NCBI GenBank assembly: GCA_041937175.2
Contig: CP166615.1
Span: 4,256,001 to 4,320,000, forward strand
Reading direction: 5' to 3'
From: Limnothrix sp. BL-A-16
Lineage (GTDB): Bacteria > Cyanobacteriota > Cyanobacteriia > CACIAM-69d
Length of the DNA stretch: 64,000 bases
The notes beneath the pieces are model-generated. The model saw only the letters and a program-made list of their open reading frames with translations. It searched no databases and was not told where the DNA came from. The first letter of the stretch is position 1, and each line of letters opens with the position of its first letter. Both the position numbers and the translations under genes were made by a program. Shown here in pieces: positions 11,875-23,473 of the stretch.

Positions 11875-12633
11875 TTATTTGGTGCGCACTTTGCCGTAGC
11901 GTCGATCGCGCTTTTGATAGCTCATGAGGGCTTGATGGAAAGCGGCGCGATCGAACTCTGGCCACAGAGTTTCGGTGACGTAAAGCTCTGCGTAGGCAAT
12001 TTGCCACAATAGAAAATTGCTGACCCGCATTTCACCGCTGGTGCGAATGATCAAGTCGGGATCGGTGAGGTCGCTGGTGTAAAGGTGTTGTTCAAAGAGC
12101 TGTTCATCAATGGATTCGATCGCCAGGTCACCACTTTTGACCTGAGCGGCGATCGCCCGGCAGGCCTGCAAAATTTCTTGCCGTCCTCCGTAGTTGGTCG
12201 CTACGGTGAAATTCAGAGCGTTGTTGTGGCTTGTGAGGTCTGAAGCATGGGCAATTTCTGCCTGCAAAGAATCGGGCAGCGCGTGGATATTGCCCACAAA
12301 CCGAATGCGCACCAACTCTTCAATCAACTCTTGAAGTTCTCGCCGCAGAACTTTCTCAAAAAGCATCATCAAAAAGTCCACTTCTTCGGCGGGGCGACCC
12401 CAATTTTCCGTCGAAAAAGCGTAGACCGTGAGGGCTTGAATTCCCCAATCTTTGCAGCAACGAATTAAGTCTTTAAGGGTATCAACTCCCCGGCGATGGC
12501 CCATGATGCGTGGGAGGCCGCGCTGCTTTGCCCAGCGGCCATTGCCATCCATAATCACAGCAACATGGCGAGGCAACAGCGCTCGATCGAGATCGGCGGG
12601 CAATTCACGCGATAGGAGTTGTTTTGCGGTCAT
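11875..12633 (-). CDS. uppS: Isoprenyl transferase (undecaprenyl diphosphate synthase)
   Basis: [45 protein letters not shown]. Confidence 0.97.
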   Translation of the reverse strand: MTAKQLLSRELPADLDRALLPRHVAVIMDGNGRWAKQRGLPRIMGHRRGVDTLKDLIRCCKDWGIQALTVYAFSTENWGRPAEEVDFLMMLFEKVLRRELQELIEELVRIRFVGNIHALPDSLQAEIAHASDLTSHNNALNFTVATNYGGRQEILQACRAIAAQVKSGDLAIESIDEQLFEQHLYTSDLTDPDLIIRTSGEMRVSNFLLWQIAYAELYVTETLWPEFDRAAFHQALMSYQKRDRRYGKVRTK

Positions 12634-12921
12634 ATGAATCGACGCAAGATAAAGTCTTCACCCCCTTTGCGAATGGAGAACGCAATGGGAGGTGAATTTG
12701 AGAGCAGTTGTGCAGGAAGTCTCGTTCAGATTAGCGCGTGTCAACAAAAATTGCTGGCTTGCTTCCCATGAGCATACCCGAACGATCGCAACTCGACGCT
12801 CTCCCCAGGCGGCCCCATTGGGTACGGGCGTTGGCTGGCGAATCTAGGGGGCGGCTGGGCCGTTTGAATTGAGGGCCGGCATGGGTGGTTGAGAGGCGGA
12901 GCTTGCATCGGACACTGACAT

Positions 12922-13758
12922 CTATCGCCGTTTGCGCCACAGACCCGTGAAGGATAACAACTGTCGCCGTAAGTGCCGCAGGGACGTGACTCGCTGTTCC
13001 CGATCGCTGGGCGAGGCGAGCTTGGTTTTCAGAATTTCCCGCAGGCGACTGCTGGCGATCGGGCGTTCCAGTTGGCCCCGCTCCGCCACGGAAATCGACC
13101 CGGTTTCTTCGGAAACGACGATGCAAAGACAGTTGGCCATCCGTTCTGTCACGCCCATGGCTGCCCGGTGGCGAGTTCCAAGCTGGCGAGAGGCTTGGCG
13201 ATCGGACAGGGGCAAAATGGCTCCTGCTGAAGTGACCCGATCGCCCTGAATAAAAACCGCTCCGTCGTGCAACAGGGTGGAGGTCTGGAAAATGGTTTGC
13301 AGCAGCTCTTTCGAGACTTCCGCATCCAAACGTACCCCGGGCACGGAAAAATCTCGCTCATCGATCGTGCCGCTGGTTTCCAAGACCAACAGGGCCCCGG
13401 TGCGGTTTTGGGACAGTTCCCGCACCGCATCTACCAGTTCATCGATCGTGTTGTCGGCACCTGGGGCCGTGTCGGGCGATCGAGACAACAACTCCCCCAC
13501 TTGGCCCCGGCCCAACTTTTCCAGCAAGCGCCGAAACTCCGACTGCAACATAACGGCCATGGCCACGGCCGCCCCAACCGTCAAATTGCCCAGGAAAAAA
13601 CTCAAGAGCGACAGCCCCCAACGTTGGGCCACCGCCGCCGCCAACATCAGTACGACGAACCCGCGCACCATCCACAGGGTTCGCCGTTCGCCGACGACGG
13701 CCAACAGGGCATACGTCAGGAGCAAAACTAGGCCGATATCGATCGCTTGCAGCAGCAA
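12922..13758 (-). CDS. cdaA: Diadenylate cyclase CdaA; start uncertain
   Basis: Three N-terminal TM helices; LHDGAV and LGTRHRAA motifs; VVSEETG; lysA-cdaA-uppS gene order. Confidence 0.93.
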   Translation of the reverse strand: MLLQAIDIGLVLLLTYALLAVVGERRTLWMVRGFVVLMLAAAVAQRWGLSLLSFFLGNLTVGAAVAMAVMLQSEFRRLLEKLGRGQVGELLSRSPDTAPGADNTIDELVDAVRELSQNRTGALLVLETSGTIDERDFSVPGVRLDAEVSKELLQTIFQTSTLLHDGAVFIQGDRVTSAGAILPLSDRQASRQLGTRHRAAMGVTERMANCLCIVVSEETGSISVAERGQLERPIASSRLREILKTKLASPSDREQRVTSLRHLRRQLLSFTGLWRKRR

Positions 13759-13874
13759 CAGCGGGTCTCGGACAACTCAAGAATCGGTCTACGAAATGGC
13801 GCAGGCCCCCCATGCGCAGGCCCCCAGTGGACAACCGTTGATTAACCCTGGGGGCAAAACGGGGGGCGGGAGGT

Positions 13875-15305
13875 TTAGCTCAGCTCTTGCAGCCGATCGG
13901 GCAGGCGATCGAACCGCAGCAAGTCTTCATCCGTTTCCCGTTCCAGAATCAGATCTGCCTGACCATTGCGCACCAAAACCGCCGCCGGTCGGGGCACACG
14001 GTTATAGTTCGAGGCCATGCTTGCGTTATAGGCCCCCGTGGCCAACACCACCAACACATCCCCCGTTTCCAGGGCTGGCAGTTGAGCATCGCGAATCAGC
14101 ACATCGCCCGATTCACAGTGCTTACCGGCTACGGTAACCGTTTCCGTGCAAGGGGCGCTCATCCGGTTCGCCACCACCGATCGATACAAGGATTGGTACG
14201 TGATCGGTCGGGGATTGTCGGACATGCCGCCATCCACAGAAACGTAGGTGCGGATGCTGGGAACCGTTTTTTGGCTGCCCACTCGATAGGCCGTGAGACA
14301 GGAAGACCCCACCAGCGATCGACCCGGTTCGCACAGCAACTTGGGCAGGGGCAACCCCGCTCGATCGCAGGCTGCCGTGATCCCTTGGGCGATCGTTTGC
14401 ACCCACTGCTCAATGCTCGGCGGGTCATCGGATTCCGTATAGCGAATGCCCAAACCACCGCCCACATTCAACTCCGCCACCGGCAGCCCCAACTGCTGGG
14501 CCTTCACGAACCACTGCACCAGGGTATCGGTTAAATCGCTGTGGGGTTGCAGCTCAAAGATTTGAGAGCCGATGTGGGCATGTAGCCCAATGCAGTGCAA
14601 GTGGGGCTGCTGGGCCAAAAATTCCAGTACTTCATCCACTTGGGTTGGATCAAAGCCAAACTTGCTGTCAATGTGCCCTGTGCGGATGTATTCGTGGGTG
14701 TGGCATTCAATGCCGGGCGTGATTCGCACCATCACCCGGATTGGCTCCGAAGCGGAGAAGCTAGCCAAGGTGTGCAGGTCAAGCCAGTTGTCGGTGATGA
14801 TGTTGCAGCCCGATCGCACGGCCAATTCCAGCTCAGCCCGGGATTTGTTGTTGCCGTGCAAATAAATCTTGGTGGCCGGCGTGCCCGCTCGCAGGGCCGT
14901 GAGGATTTCGCCCGCCGACACCACATCCACGCCCAAGCCTTCTGACTGGGCGATCGCGCAAACCGCCAAACAGCTCCAGGCCTTGGAGGCATAGAGCACC
15001 TGGGATTCTCCCGCATAAAACTGCTTGAATGAGTCTCGGTATTGGCGACAGGCGGCCCGCAGTCCTTCCTCATCCAGGATGTAGAGAGGCGAGCCAAACT
15101 GTTCCAGCAGCTCCACCACATCGCAACCGCCCACTTCTAAATGGTCGCGATCGTTCACGCGGGCCGTCAGGGGCATCAACAGTTGGTTGGGTGATGGCTC
15201 AGGGCCGCCTTCGGATTGGGGGTGGAGATATTGCAGGCTGGAGGTTTGGGAATCCGTCTGATCTGCGTGACTGGTTTGGGGGCGAGCAGCGGGCGTAGCA
15301 ACCAT
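13875..15305 (-). CDS. lysA: Diaminopimelate decarboxylase
   Basis: YASKA, HGNNKS, HAHIGSQI, EPGRS, GKHCESGD, TGAYN. Confidence 0.97.
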   Translation of the reverse strand: MVATPAARPQTSHADQTDSQTSSLQYLHPQSEGGPEPSPNQLLMPLTARVNDRDHLEVGGCDVVELLEQFGSPLYILDEEGLRAACRQYRDSFKQFYAGESQVLYASKAWSCLAVCAIAQSEGLGVDVVSAGEILTALRAGTPATKIYLHGNNKSRAELELAVRSGCNIITDNWLDLHTLASFSASEPIRVMVRITPGIECHTHEYIRTGHIDSKFGFDPTQVDEVLEFLAQQPHLHCIGLHAHIGSQIFELQPHSDLTDTLVQWFVKAQQLGLPVAELNVGGGLGIRYTESDDPPSIEQWVQTIAQGITAACDRAGLPLPKLLCEPGRSLVGSSCLTAYRVGSQKTVPSIRTYVSVDGGMSDNPRPITYQSLYRSVVANRMSAPCTETVTVAGKHCESGDVLIRDAQLPALETGDVLVVLATGAYNASMASNYNRVPRPAAVLVRNGQADLILERETDEDLLRFDRLPDRLQELS

Positions 15306-15780
15306 CGGTTTGTAGCAGTGCGGGTTGGGTGGTTATGGGGAATTGGCAAACGTTGGCAACCATTGGCAACCACAGAACCGGCGATCTCCATTAGATGCGC
15401 TTCCGATGATCCTCTGATGCTCCGATGGGCGATCGATCCAGAGTGACCGATCCAGGGCGATCGGGACACAACCCGATCGATCACCAACCTACCGACACCG
15501 AATCTACCGAGCTGACGAATACGAACATCAATCCAGAGCCGATGATTATGGTTGCCAACGTTGCAAAACTCGCGATCGAGACCAGAGGTAAACCAGCGGC
15601 CAACCACAGCACCTGAAGGAGCGATCGCCGTGGATCTAACCATTTCGGCCCCCTGGCCTATCCGGTTAGTTTACTATTGCGCGGCCTAGCCTGCGTGGCT
15701 CCCCAGGGTCTCAATTGATCGAGTATTGTTGAAATCAACGAGCCGATCGAACCCCCAACACAAGATCCCCACCTCTGATC

Positions 15781-15897
15781 ATGATTTCTTTGGAAACCTA
15801 TCCCGGTCTCTATCTGTTTCAGTTGCTGTTTGTGCTGTCCTTCACGGGCGTGATGATTTGGCAGGCGATCGAGTCCATCAAAACGATTGATCAATAA
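15781..15897 (+). CDS. Putative 38-aa single-TM small protein (below the ORF-track cutoff)
   Basis: MISLETYPGLYLFQLLFVLSFTGVMIWQAIESIKTIDQ*; one hydrophobic helix; TATTGT -10-like box about 50 bp upstream; no clear RBS. Confidence 0.5.
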   Translation: MISLETYPGLYLFQLLFVLSFTGVMIWQAIESIKTIDQ

Positions 15898-16011
15898 CCA
15901 GAGTCGATCGCTAGCGTCGATCACCGAAATTAATCAGTCGATCGTTAATCATCATTGATCGATTGATCAATGGTTTAGGGAGTTAGTCCAGCAGCCCTAA
16001 ACCGGCCCAAA

Positions 16012-16033
16012 ACAAGGGGTTTAAACCCCTTGC
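16012..16033. repeat. Dispersed palindrome (ACAAGGGGCTTAAGCCCCTTG family)
   Basis: ACAAGGGGTTTAAACCCCTTGC, a compensatory variant of the family consensus. Confidence 0.8.
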
Positions 16034-16168
16034 CCCGATGATTTGCTTAGAGGCCGTGGTAGATCCGGTTCGATCGATTTTGATCGAACTTGATCGAACC
16101 CGCAGATTGCGATCGCCAACGGCAGCCCGAGTTCTGACGAGGGTTCCGGAGTTTTTCAAATTGCTGAA

Positions 16169-16242
16169 TCGGGATGACAGGATTTGAACCTGCGGCATCC
16201 TGCTCCCAAAGCAGGCGCGCTACCAAGCTGCGCTACATCCCG
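16169..16242 (-). tRNA. trnP: tRNA-Pro(UGG)
   Basis: CGGGATGTAGCGCAGCTTGGTAGCGCG CCTGC-TTTGGGA-GCAGG ...GGTTCAAATCC TGTCATCCCGA; CCA not encoded. Confidence 0.96.
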
Positions 16243-16319
16243 GTGTTTTTGGCCAACGTTGATGGTCGGCGCTGGTGGCTCGAACGGGAGAAAGTTCGCC
16301 CGCAGCCACAAACATGGCC

Positions 16320-16328
16320 ATCATATCA
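16320..16328 (-). promoter_or_regulatory. Extended -10 element upstream of tRNA-Pro
   Basis: TG-A-TATGAT on the minus strand; the same TGnTATGAT form precedes tRNA-Arg. Confidence 0.5.
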
Positions 16329-16389
16329 CAAACGCTGTGAATGCTGAGGCGAGACAGACTCAGGGACTCCAACCACCGCCCGCTCAGCC

Positions 16390-16914
16390 CTAATCTGGAT
16401 ACCAAAACATGCCCTTAATCCCTTCCGGATCGGGCATGAACCCCAAACCTTTGTAGAAATCCACCACGTGGGGATCGGCAAAGAGCGTAATGTTGCTGAT
16501 GTCTTCGCGGCGTAACTGCTCGATCGTTTGGCGCATCAACGCCTTACCAAAACCTCGGCCCTGAAAATCTGGATGCACCACCACATCCCACACGGTGGCA
16601 TTGAACGCATGATCCGACGTGGCCCGCGAAAAGCCAATCAGTCGCCGCTTCGCGCCTCGCTGCTCCCACATGGACAGCACCAGGAAACTGTGTTGAATGG
16701 CTTTTTTCACCTTGCGCAGGGGCCGGCGGGCCCAGCCCACCGCATCGCAAAGCTCTTCAAGGTCGTACAGATCAATATCGCGATCGGTACTAAAGAAAAC
16801 CCGAATCTCGCCCGTTTGCGGATCTCGCTCCAGGGGTTGATAGCCGGGAACCGCCTCGACCGTTGCGGCCGGGCGATCGCCCTGTGTTCCAAATAAGCTC
16901 TTCCAAAACCCCAT
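16390..16914 (-). CDS. GNAT N-acetyltransferase (Ycf52-like)
   Basis: [50 protein letters not shown]. Confidence 0.92.
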   Translation of the reverse strand: MGFWKSLFGTQGDRPAATVEAVPGYQPLERDPQTGEIRVFFSTDRDIDLYDLEELCDAVGWARRPLRKVKKAIQHSFLVLSMWEQRGAKRRLIGFSRATSDHAFNATVWDVVVHPDFQGRGFGKALMRQTIEQLRREDISNITLFADPHVVDFYKGLGFMPDPEGIKGMFWYPD

Positions 16915-17734
16915 GTGAGCCTACACGATCTGTCTTAACACTTGCCAGCGACAGCCAGTACCCGAGACCAATTCGTCGCAACGACGATGCATCCATGGGG
17001 CTAATCACTCAACCGGCAAGGGGCACGATCACTCTGCACCGTGCGGTGATTACCACGCCATGGTTGGTTGAGGTTGGTTTAGAAAACGCTGTGATTGCGC
17101 TCTATTGTGCCATGGGTTGCGCGAAACTTGGATCATTCCCGGCAACTGGCAACTCAAGACAGGAAAGAAGCCACAGGAACCCCGGATTCAGACCAACATT
17201 CAGGAGCCGTTGATTAACCTCAGCGATCGATTCAACGGTTTCGCCACTGCCCGGCCAGCCCAGCCATCTGCCGGTTTGGCGCTTCTGTGGTTCAAGGGAC
17301 GGGGTTGCCCACCGAGCCGCCAATTTCTATGCCAATATAGGTTTTAATGGGGACTATAAGCCAAGTTCCTTGGCCTGCCATCGATTGAGATAATCAGGCC
17401 ATCTAAAAAGTCCCGTTAAAGTCGCGTTGCGGAACCGGCGATCGTGCCGTCACCCTTGCTTGCTCTGACGCTTGCCTGCGAAGCTGGCTGGCTCTGAAGG
17501 GTGCTCCCACTCGCGATCGCCCACTGTGGTTATGGTGCGAAAGGCGGCCGGTTGGGTTGTGTCAGCCTGGGTCGCGGATGAAGCCAACTTCACCGCCACC
17601 AAACAGGATGTTTCCCAATTGCGGCATTTGTTAGCAAATTGCGGCAATTGTTAGTGAAATAGTGACGGAATGTCAAGATGGATTCAAAGCGCTATCAGCG
17701 GTAAAACACGGTGGCAGGTGCGGTTTCATCCGGT

Positions 17735-18454
17735 ATGAGTTCGGGTCTCAAGCCCTCAACGCTCGACTTGCTCAAGCGCTTCAACCGGGCCTTTCCGCAA
17801 TTTTATGAGCAGTTTGTCAGCAGTGAAATTCAACTGCAAAATCTGCGCTTGGCCTATCAACTCTACAAAACGCGCCAAGCGGTCATTGAACTGAAACCGG
17901 AAGGGGGCAAAAGCGCACTGCACTTTGCCTATCGCAATCAATCCTTTCTGCTCAGTGACATTTTTGGGGTGCTGGCGGCCTATGGCCTGACGATCCACAG
18001 CTTGAGCCTTTATGGGCAAATTCACCCGCCGATGCTGGTGTTTATCAAGTTGGTGGTGTCTCGGGGCAGCAAGGCCCTGACGGAGAAGACTTCGGAAAAT
18101 GTTTGCCGCGCCATTCGCGAAGCTCTGGCGGGCCACTTTGAGGTGGAAGAGATGCTGGCGGTGGAATTCAACCTGGACGCAGGGTTGGAGCAGGTGGAAA
18201 CGGAGTTCTATGTGGATCCGGTGTTCCATTTGCCCGCTCTGTTGATTGAGGCGGATAACCAGCCGGGGTTGTTCTACAAGGTGATGTATGCCATCTGGCA
18301 AGAGGATTTGCTGGTGGTGAATGCCAATTTGCTGGTGTGGCGGGGACGGACAAGGCTGATTTTGTATCTACTGGGCCCCAATGAGAGCTTGATTCCGGAA
18401 TATCTGGGTCAACGAATTGCGGAAGGGGTTCGTCAACGTCTGATGGGGTGCTAA
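17735..18454 (+). CDS. Conserved protein with two GlnD-type ACT-like domains
   Basis: LHFAYRNQSFLLSDIFGVLAAYGLTIHS and LLIEADNQPGLFYKVMYAIWQEDLLVVNANL fit the ACT beta-alpha-beta signature. Alternative start GTG 17711. Confidence 0.7.
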   Translation: MSSGLKPSTLDLLKRFNRAFPQFYEQFVSSEIQLQNLRLAYQLYKTRQAVIELKPEGGKSALHFAYRNQSFLLSDIFGVLAAYGLTIHSLSLYGQIHPPMLVFIKLVVSRGSKALTEKTSENVCRAIREALAGHFEVEEMLAVEFNLDAGLEQVETEFYVDPVFHLPALLIEADNQPGLFYKVMYAIWQEDLLVVNANLLVWRGRTRLILYLLGPNESLIPEYLGQRIAEGVRQRLMGC

Positions 18455-18771
18455 GTTGGAAGCCCAAGGGGAATCACCCATCCGGGTATTTCCCCCCCAA
18501 TCTCTGACGATCGCCCTTGGCCGTCTCAGAGTACCAATGGCACAATGGGGCGATTATTAGAAATTTCCTTCCTGAAGGGGAAATGGGGGCGTTAAGGCGG
18601 CGCTGGCGGTTGACTTTTCCGGTTTTTTGGGCCGGTGGGTCTGCGCAGATTGCCTTAAGGTCAGTTACTTGATCGGGTGGCGTTTTTGGCGCGATCGTGA
18701 TCGGTGATTGTTCCGCGTTTGCCCATGAAAGCGCTCCCGCGAAAGTTCTATTGAAGCTGGTCTGATATTGA

Positions 18772-19740
<969 letters not shown>

Positions 19741-19788
19741 GGAGCAATTCTTGATAGATCAGCCTCTGACCATAGGCGATCGGGATCG

Positions 19789-21186
19789 TTAGGAAACGGA
19801 TGAGCCTTTCAGGGGCTTAATTCGGCCATTGGCATCGGGCTTGACTGGCTCAAACAGTTGGTGGGCAGTGGCGAAGGAACCGTAGCGATCGGGGTTGGCC
19901 GTAATTGCCGCTTGCAGACAACTGGCGGCGCGATCGAGGGCCGTTTGGCGTTCCCAGTCACTGCAATCCGATCGCTGGGTTTGCAGCAGGTAGCAACAGG
20001 CTTGGCAAAATTGCAACTCCGGTAACGAGAGGCCACGCTCGGCCGCCTTCAAGTAACTCCTCAGGGCCGCTTCCGGTTGCCGTAGCCGGAGCTGGGCCAG
20101 GCCGCGGTTATACCAAGGGGTGGGCTTGGTGGGATCGCGCTTGATGGTTTCGTCGTAGCTTTTGATTGCCGCTTGCAGTTGCCCGATCGAGAAGAGGGCA
20201 TTGCCCCGATCGTACCAAGCATTGGGTTGTTCAGGGTTCAGGGTCAAGGAGAGGTCATAGCTGGCGATCGCCTCACGAATGCGCCCCAACTGTCGCATCA
20301 GGCGGCCGCGATAGTACCAGGTGTCCGCATCGGCCGCGTCAAAAGTAATGGCTTTTTGGTAGCTTTCGAGGGCTCCTGCCAAATCGCCTGCCCAACGCAG
20401 GGAAATTGCGCGATTATGCCAAATATTGTGGTCGCCATCCCGCAAGCCGAGGGCTTTGTCATAGCTGGCAATGGCTTCATCGTGGCGCTTGAGATTGTCT
20501 AGGACGATCCCGCGCTGATACCAGGTGGCGGCGCTGGCGGGTTCCAACTCCAGGGATCGCTCATAGCAGGTGAGCGCCTCGCTGTCTCGATTGAGCTTGC
20601 GTAAGACCACGCCGCGATTGTGCCAGGCGCGAGGACAGGTGGGATTCAGTTCGATCGACCGGCTATAGTTATGGGCGGCCGCTTCCCAATGGCCCAGCCG
20701 AAAGTGGGTTACGCCCAAATTATTCCAAAGACGATGATCCAGCGGTGCAAAGTTCAGCGCCTTTTGATAACTGGCTAAGGCTCCCTCCAATTGCCCAGCA
20801 CCATCAAGGGCCGTGCCCCGGTTATACCAGTAGTGGGGATTTTGCGGCTCCAGCACCAGCGCCCGATCGTAGTAGGTGATGGCATCCTGGAGGCAGCCGG
20901 TGCGAGCCAGGGCATTGCCGCAATCATTCCACAGGGCGCTGCAATTGGGCGCGAGGCTAATGGCTTGGCCAAACAGCTCGATCGCCTCTGTCCATTGCCC
21001 CGATCGACAAAGCCCTAGGGCCAAAGTATAGGATTCCAGGGCGGCAGGCTGGAGAGCAGTGGTGGCATCGGGGGAATTCACAGGATTGTTTCCATCCCAA
21101 AAGCGCGTTGAGGGCAGCTTGGAGCAGGGGGGAGCGTGGCCAACCCCCGTAGGCTGGCTAAGGTATTCTGTGGCCCTTGGGGGCAA
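19789..21186 (-). CDS. Multi-TPR protein; start uncertain
   Basis: Many consecutive 34-aa W-x-N-R-G...A-x-x-Y-x-x-A-L repeats. Confidence 0.9.
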   Translation of the reverse strand: MPPRATEYLSQPTGVGHAPPCSKLPSTRFWDGNNPVNSPDATTALQPAALESYTLALGLCRSGQWTEAIELFGQAISLAPNCSALWNDCGNALARTGCLQDAITYYDRALVLEPQNPHYWYNRGTALDGAGQLEGALASYQKALNFAPLDHRLWNNLGVTHFRLGHWEAAAHNYSRSIELNPTCPRAWHNRGVVLRKLNRDSEALTCYERSLELEPASAATWYQRGIVLDNLKRHDEAIASYDKALGLRDGDHNIWHNRAISLRWAGDLAGALESYQKAITFDAADADTWYYRGRLMRQLGRIREAIASYDLSLTLNPEQPNAWYDRGNALFSIGQLQAAIKSYDETIKRDPTKPTPWYNRGLAQLRLRQPEAALRSYLKAAERGLSLPELQFCQACCYLLQTQRSDCSDWERQTALDRAASCLQAAITANPDRYGSFATAHQLFEPVKPDANGRIKPLKGSSVS

Positions 21187-21396
21187 TCCAAACAGAAAAT
21201 TAGCTTCATTCTACGTGGGCATTTTACGTGGGATCTCGGAGGGGCGCTTGTTCGTGCAACGGAATTTCACAGCCATCACCCCTAGCTTGGGTTAGGTTGC
21301 CCTGGGGCTGGTGTACCCAGCAACCGAAGATTTCGGTTCGAGACGGCCGGCCGGTTCAGTCGGCTAGTTCGTCTATTGTTTCAACTGTTGATAATG

Positions 21397-22098
21397 TTCA
21401 TGTTAGGGGTTGAGCCGGTGATAACACAATTGCGTGGTGGTTTGGTCTTGTCTTGCCAGGCCCCGATCGATTCCCCCCTGCGGGATCCCCAGATCATTGC
21501 CACCATGGCCCAAGCGGCTGTGTTGCGAGGCGCGGTAGGTATCCGTTTAGACACCCCAGAACATGTGATGGCCACTCGATCGCGCTTGGGGGCCGATGTA
21601 CCGATTATTGGCCTTTGGAAGCAGGTGTTACCCGGCTCCTCCGTTTACATCACGCCACGTTTTGCCGATGCCGCCGCGATCGCCGCCGCCGGAGCCGACG
21701 TCATCGCTATTGATGCCACCCTGCGATCGCGCCCCGAAGGGGACACCGCCGCTCAACTGATCGATCGCATCCATCAGGAATTGGGCAAACCGGTAATGGC
21801 CGACATTGACACCTGGGAAGCGGCCGAAGCCGCCGCCCAAGCGGGAGCCGACTTGGTGGGTACAACGCTGTATGGCTACACGGAAGCGACCCAAGGTCAG
21901 ACCCCGCCGGGATGGGATCTGTTAACGCAAATGGTCACGCGCCTGACAGTGCCTTGCATTTGTGAAGGGGGCATTGCTTCGCCGGCCATGGCCCGGGCTG
22001 CGATCGATCGGGGAGCCTTTGCCGTCGTTGTGGGAACCGCCATCACGGGGATCGATCTGCAAGTGCAAGCCTATCAACGGGCGATCGCCCTGGAATAG
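21397..22098 (+). CDS. nanE: N-acetylmannosamine-6-phosphate 2-epimerase; start approximate
   Basis: GLVLSCQA, PIIGLWK, VYITP, VIAIDAT, MADI, VGTTLYGYT, EGGI, VVVGTAIT. Confidence 0.92.
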   Translation, partial: FMLGVEPVITQLRGGLVLSCQAPIDSPLRDPQIIATMAQAAVLRGAVGIRLDTPEHVMATRSRLGADVPIIGLWKQVLPGSSVYITPRFADAAAIAAAGADVIAIDATLRSRPEGDTAAQLIDRIHQELGKPVMADIDTWEAAEAAAQAGADLVGTTLYGYTEATQGQTPPGWDLLTQMVTRLTVPCICEGGIASPAMARAAIDRGAFAVVVGTAITGIDLQVQAYQRAIALE

Positions 22099-22200
22099 CC
22101 TGGATACCGGATAGCTCTGGTCTTGGCTTGATTATTTTGATCGCTTCGATCTCTGCCGAAAGAGATCAACGGCAATATTTTGGTTTCAGCCGCTGACGGA

Positions 22201-22251
22201 TCTTCAAGATTGCATTTCCAAGATTGCATCTTCAAGATTGCATCTTCAAGA
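22201..22251. repeat. 14-bp tandem repeat (about 3.6 copies)
   Basis: TCTTCAAGATTGCA / TTTCCAAGATTGCA / TCTTCAAGATTGCA / TCTTCAAGA. Confidence 0.85.
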
Positions 22252-22254
22252 AGA

Positions 22255-22281
22255 ATGGGGCGATCAGCTCGATCGCCCCAT
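22255..22281. terminator. Hairpin between convergent nanE and aroF
   Basis: ATGGGGCGATC-AGCTC-GATCGCCCCAT. Confidence 0.6.
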
Positions 22282-22408
22282 CACTTCACAACTTGATTTC
22301 AACCAAAGGTTGCATCACACCCGGCTCAGCGGGATTGAACCAAGTCGGGCTGGACTGGGTTGAACCCCAATCACGGCCCAGCTCGATTCATCCAATTGCA
22401 CCGGTTAA

Positions 22409-23473
22409 TTACACCAACGCAGGCACAGCCGCCGGAGTGGGCCACCGCTTCAGGGATCGACCAAATTCCGCCAACTCCACCATCAACGCATCGAACTGAT
22501 CCGGAGTCAGGGATTGGGGCCCATCCGACAAAGCCTTCTTCGGATTCGGGTGGACTTCAATCATCAGCGAATCGCAGCCCACGGCCATCGATCCCTTGGC
22601 CATCGTGGGTACGAAGTGGGCCCAGCCCGTGCCATGGCTGGGATCCACCATGATCGGCAAGTGGGTGAGGCGACGCAGCACCGGCACAGCAGCCAAATCC
22701 AGATGGTTGCGGGTGTATTGGCGATCGAACGTGCGAATTCCGCGCTCGCAGAGGATCACATTCGGGTTACCCGCCGCCATGATGTATTCTGCGGCCATCA
22801 ACCATTCCTCGATCGTGGCAGACATCCCCCGCTTCAGCAGCACCGGCTTATCTTGGGCCCCAATCTGCTTTAGCAGCGAGAAGTTCTGCATATTGCGGGC
22901 CCCCACTTGCAGCACATCCGCCACTTCGTAGATCTTCTCGATGTCGGCCGTGTCCATCACCTCCGTGATGATCCCCAGTCCGGATGCAGCCCGAGCCGCC
23001 GCCAACAGTTCAAGGGCGCTCTCGCCATGGCCCTGGAACGCATAGGGCGAAGTCCGAGGCTTGAAGGCCCCACCCCGCAAAAATTGGGCCCCGGCCGCCT
23101 TGACTCGCAGGGCCGTTTCCACAATCATTTCCTCGTTTTCCACGGAGCAAGGGCCCGCCACCACCGCGATCGGGTGGTTTTCGCCAATCGTTACCGGGCC
23201 GTTGGGGGTGGGAATCGTCACCTCGCTGGCTTCCCCGTGGCGATATTCCCGGCTGGCCCGCTTGAACGGCTGTTCCACCCGCAGCACCTGTTCAATCCAG
23301 GGACTAATTTCTTCCATCCGTTCGGGATCCATGCTGGCTGTGTCGCCCACCAGACCCAGCACCACCTTATGTTTCCCGACGATTTTTTCGGGATCCAAGC
23401 CCCAGCTCTTGAACTCGTCCGCAACGCGATCGATCTCTTCAGCGGGTGCGCCCGCACGCATCACAATGATCAT
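22409..23473 (-). CDS. aroF: 3-deoxy-7-phosphoheptulonate (DAHP) synthase, class I-beta
   Basis: AGPCSVE, LRGGAFKPRTSPY, QVGARNMQN, LCERGIRTF, VDPSHG; N-terminal regulatory domain. Confidence 0.96.
   Translation of the reverse strand: MIIVMRAGAPAEEIDRVADEFKSWGLDPEKIVGKHKVVLGLVGDTASMDPERMEEISPWIEQVLRVEQPFKRASREYRHGEASEVTIPTPNGPVTIGENHPIAVVAGPCSVENEEMIVETALRVKAAGAQFLRGGAFKPRTSPYAFQGHGESALELLAAARAASGLGIITEVMDTADIEKIYEVADVLQVGARNMQNFSLLKQIGAQDKPVLLKRGMSATIEEWLMAAEYIMAAGNPNVILCERGIRTFDRQYTRNHLDLAAVPVLRRLTHLPIMVDPSHGTGWAHFVPTMAKGSMAVGCDSLMIEVHPNPKKALSDGPQSLTPDQFDALMVELAEFGRSLKRWPTPAAVPALV

Noticed and set aside
11788..11890. Possible CRISPR array
   Set aside because: Units are 14-15 bp, head-to-tail with no spacers; no cas genes in the window.
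15480..15612. Hydrophobic ~43-codon GTG ORF on the minus strand upstream of lysA
   Set aside because: No RBS, an in-frame stop shortly upstream, and no family resemblance.
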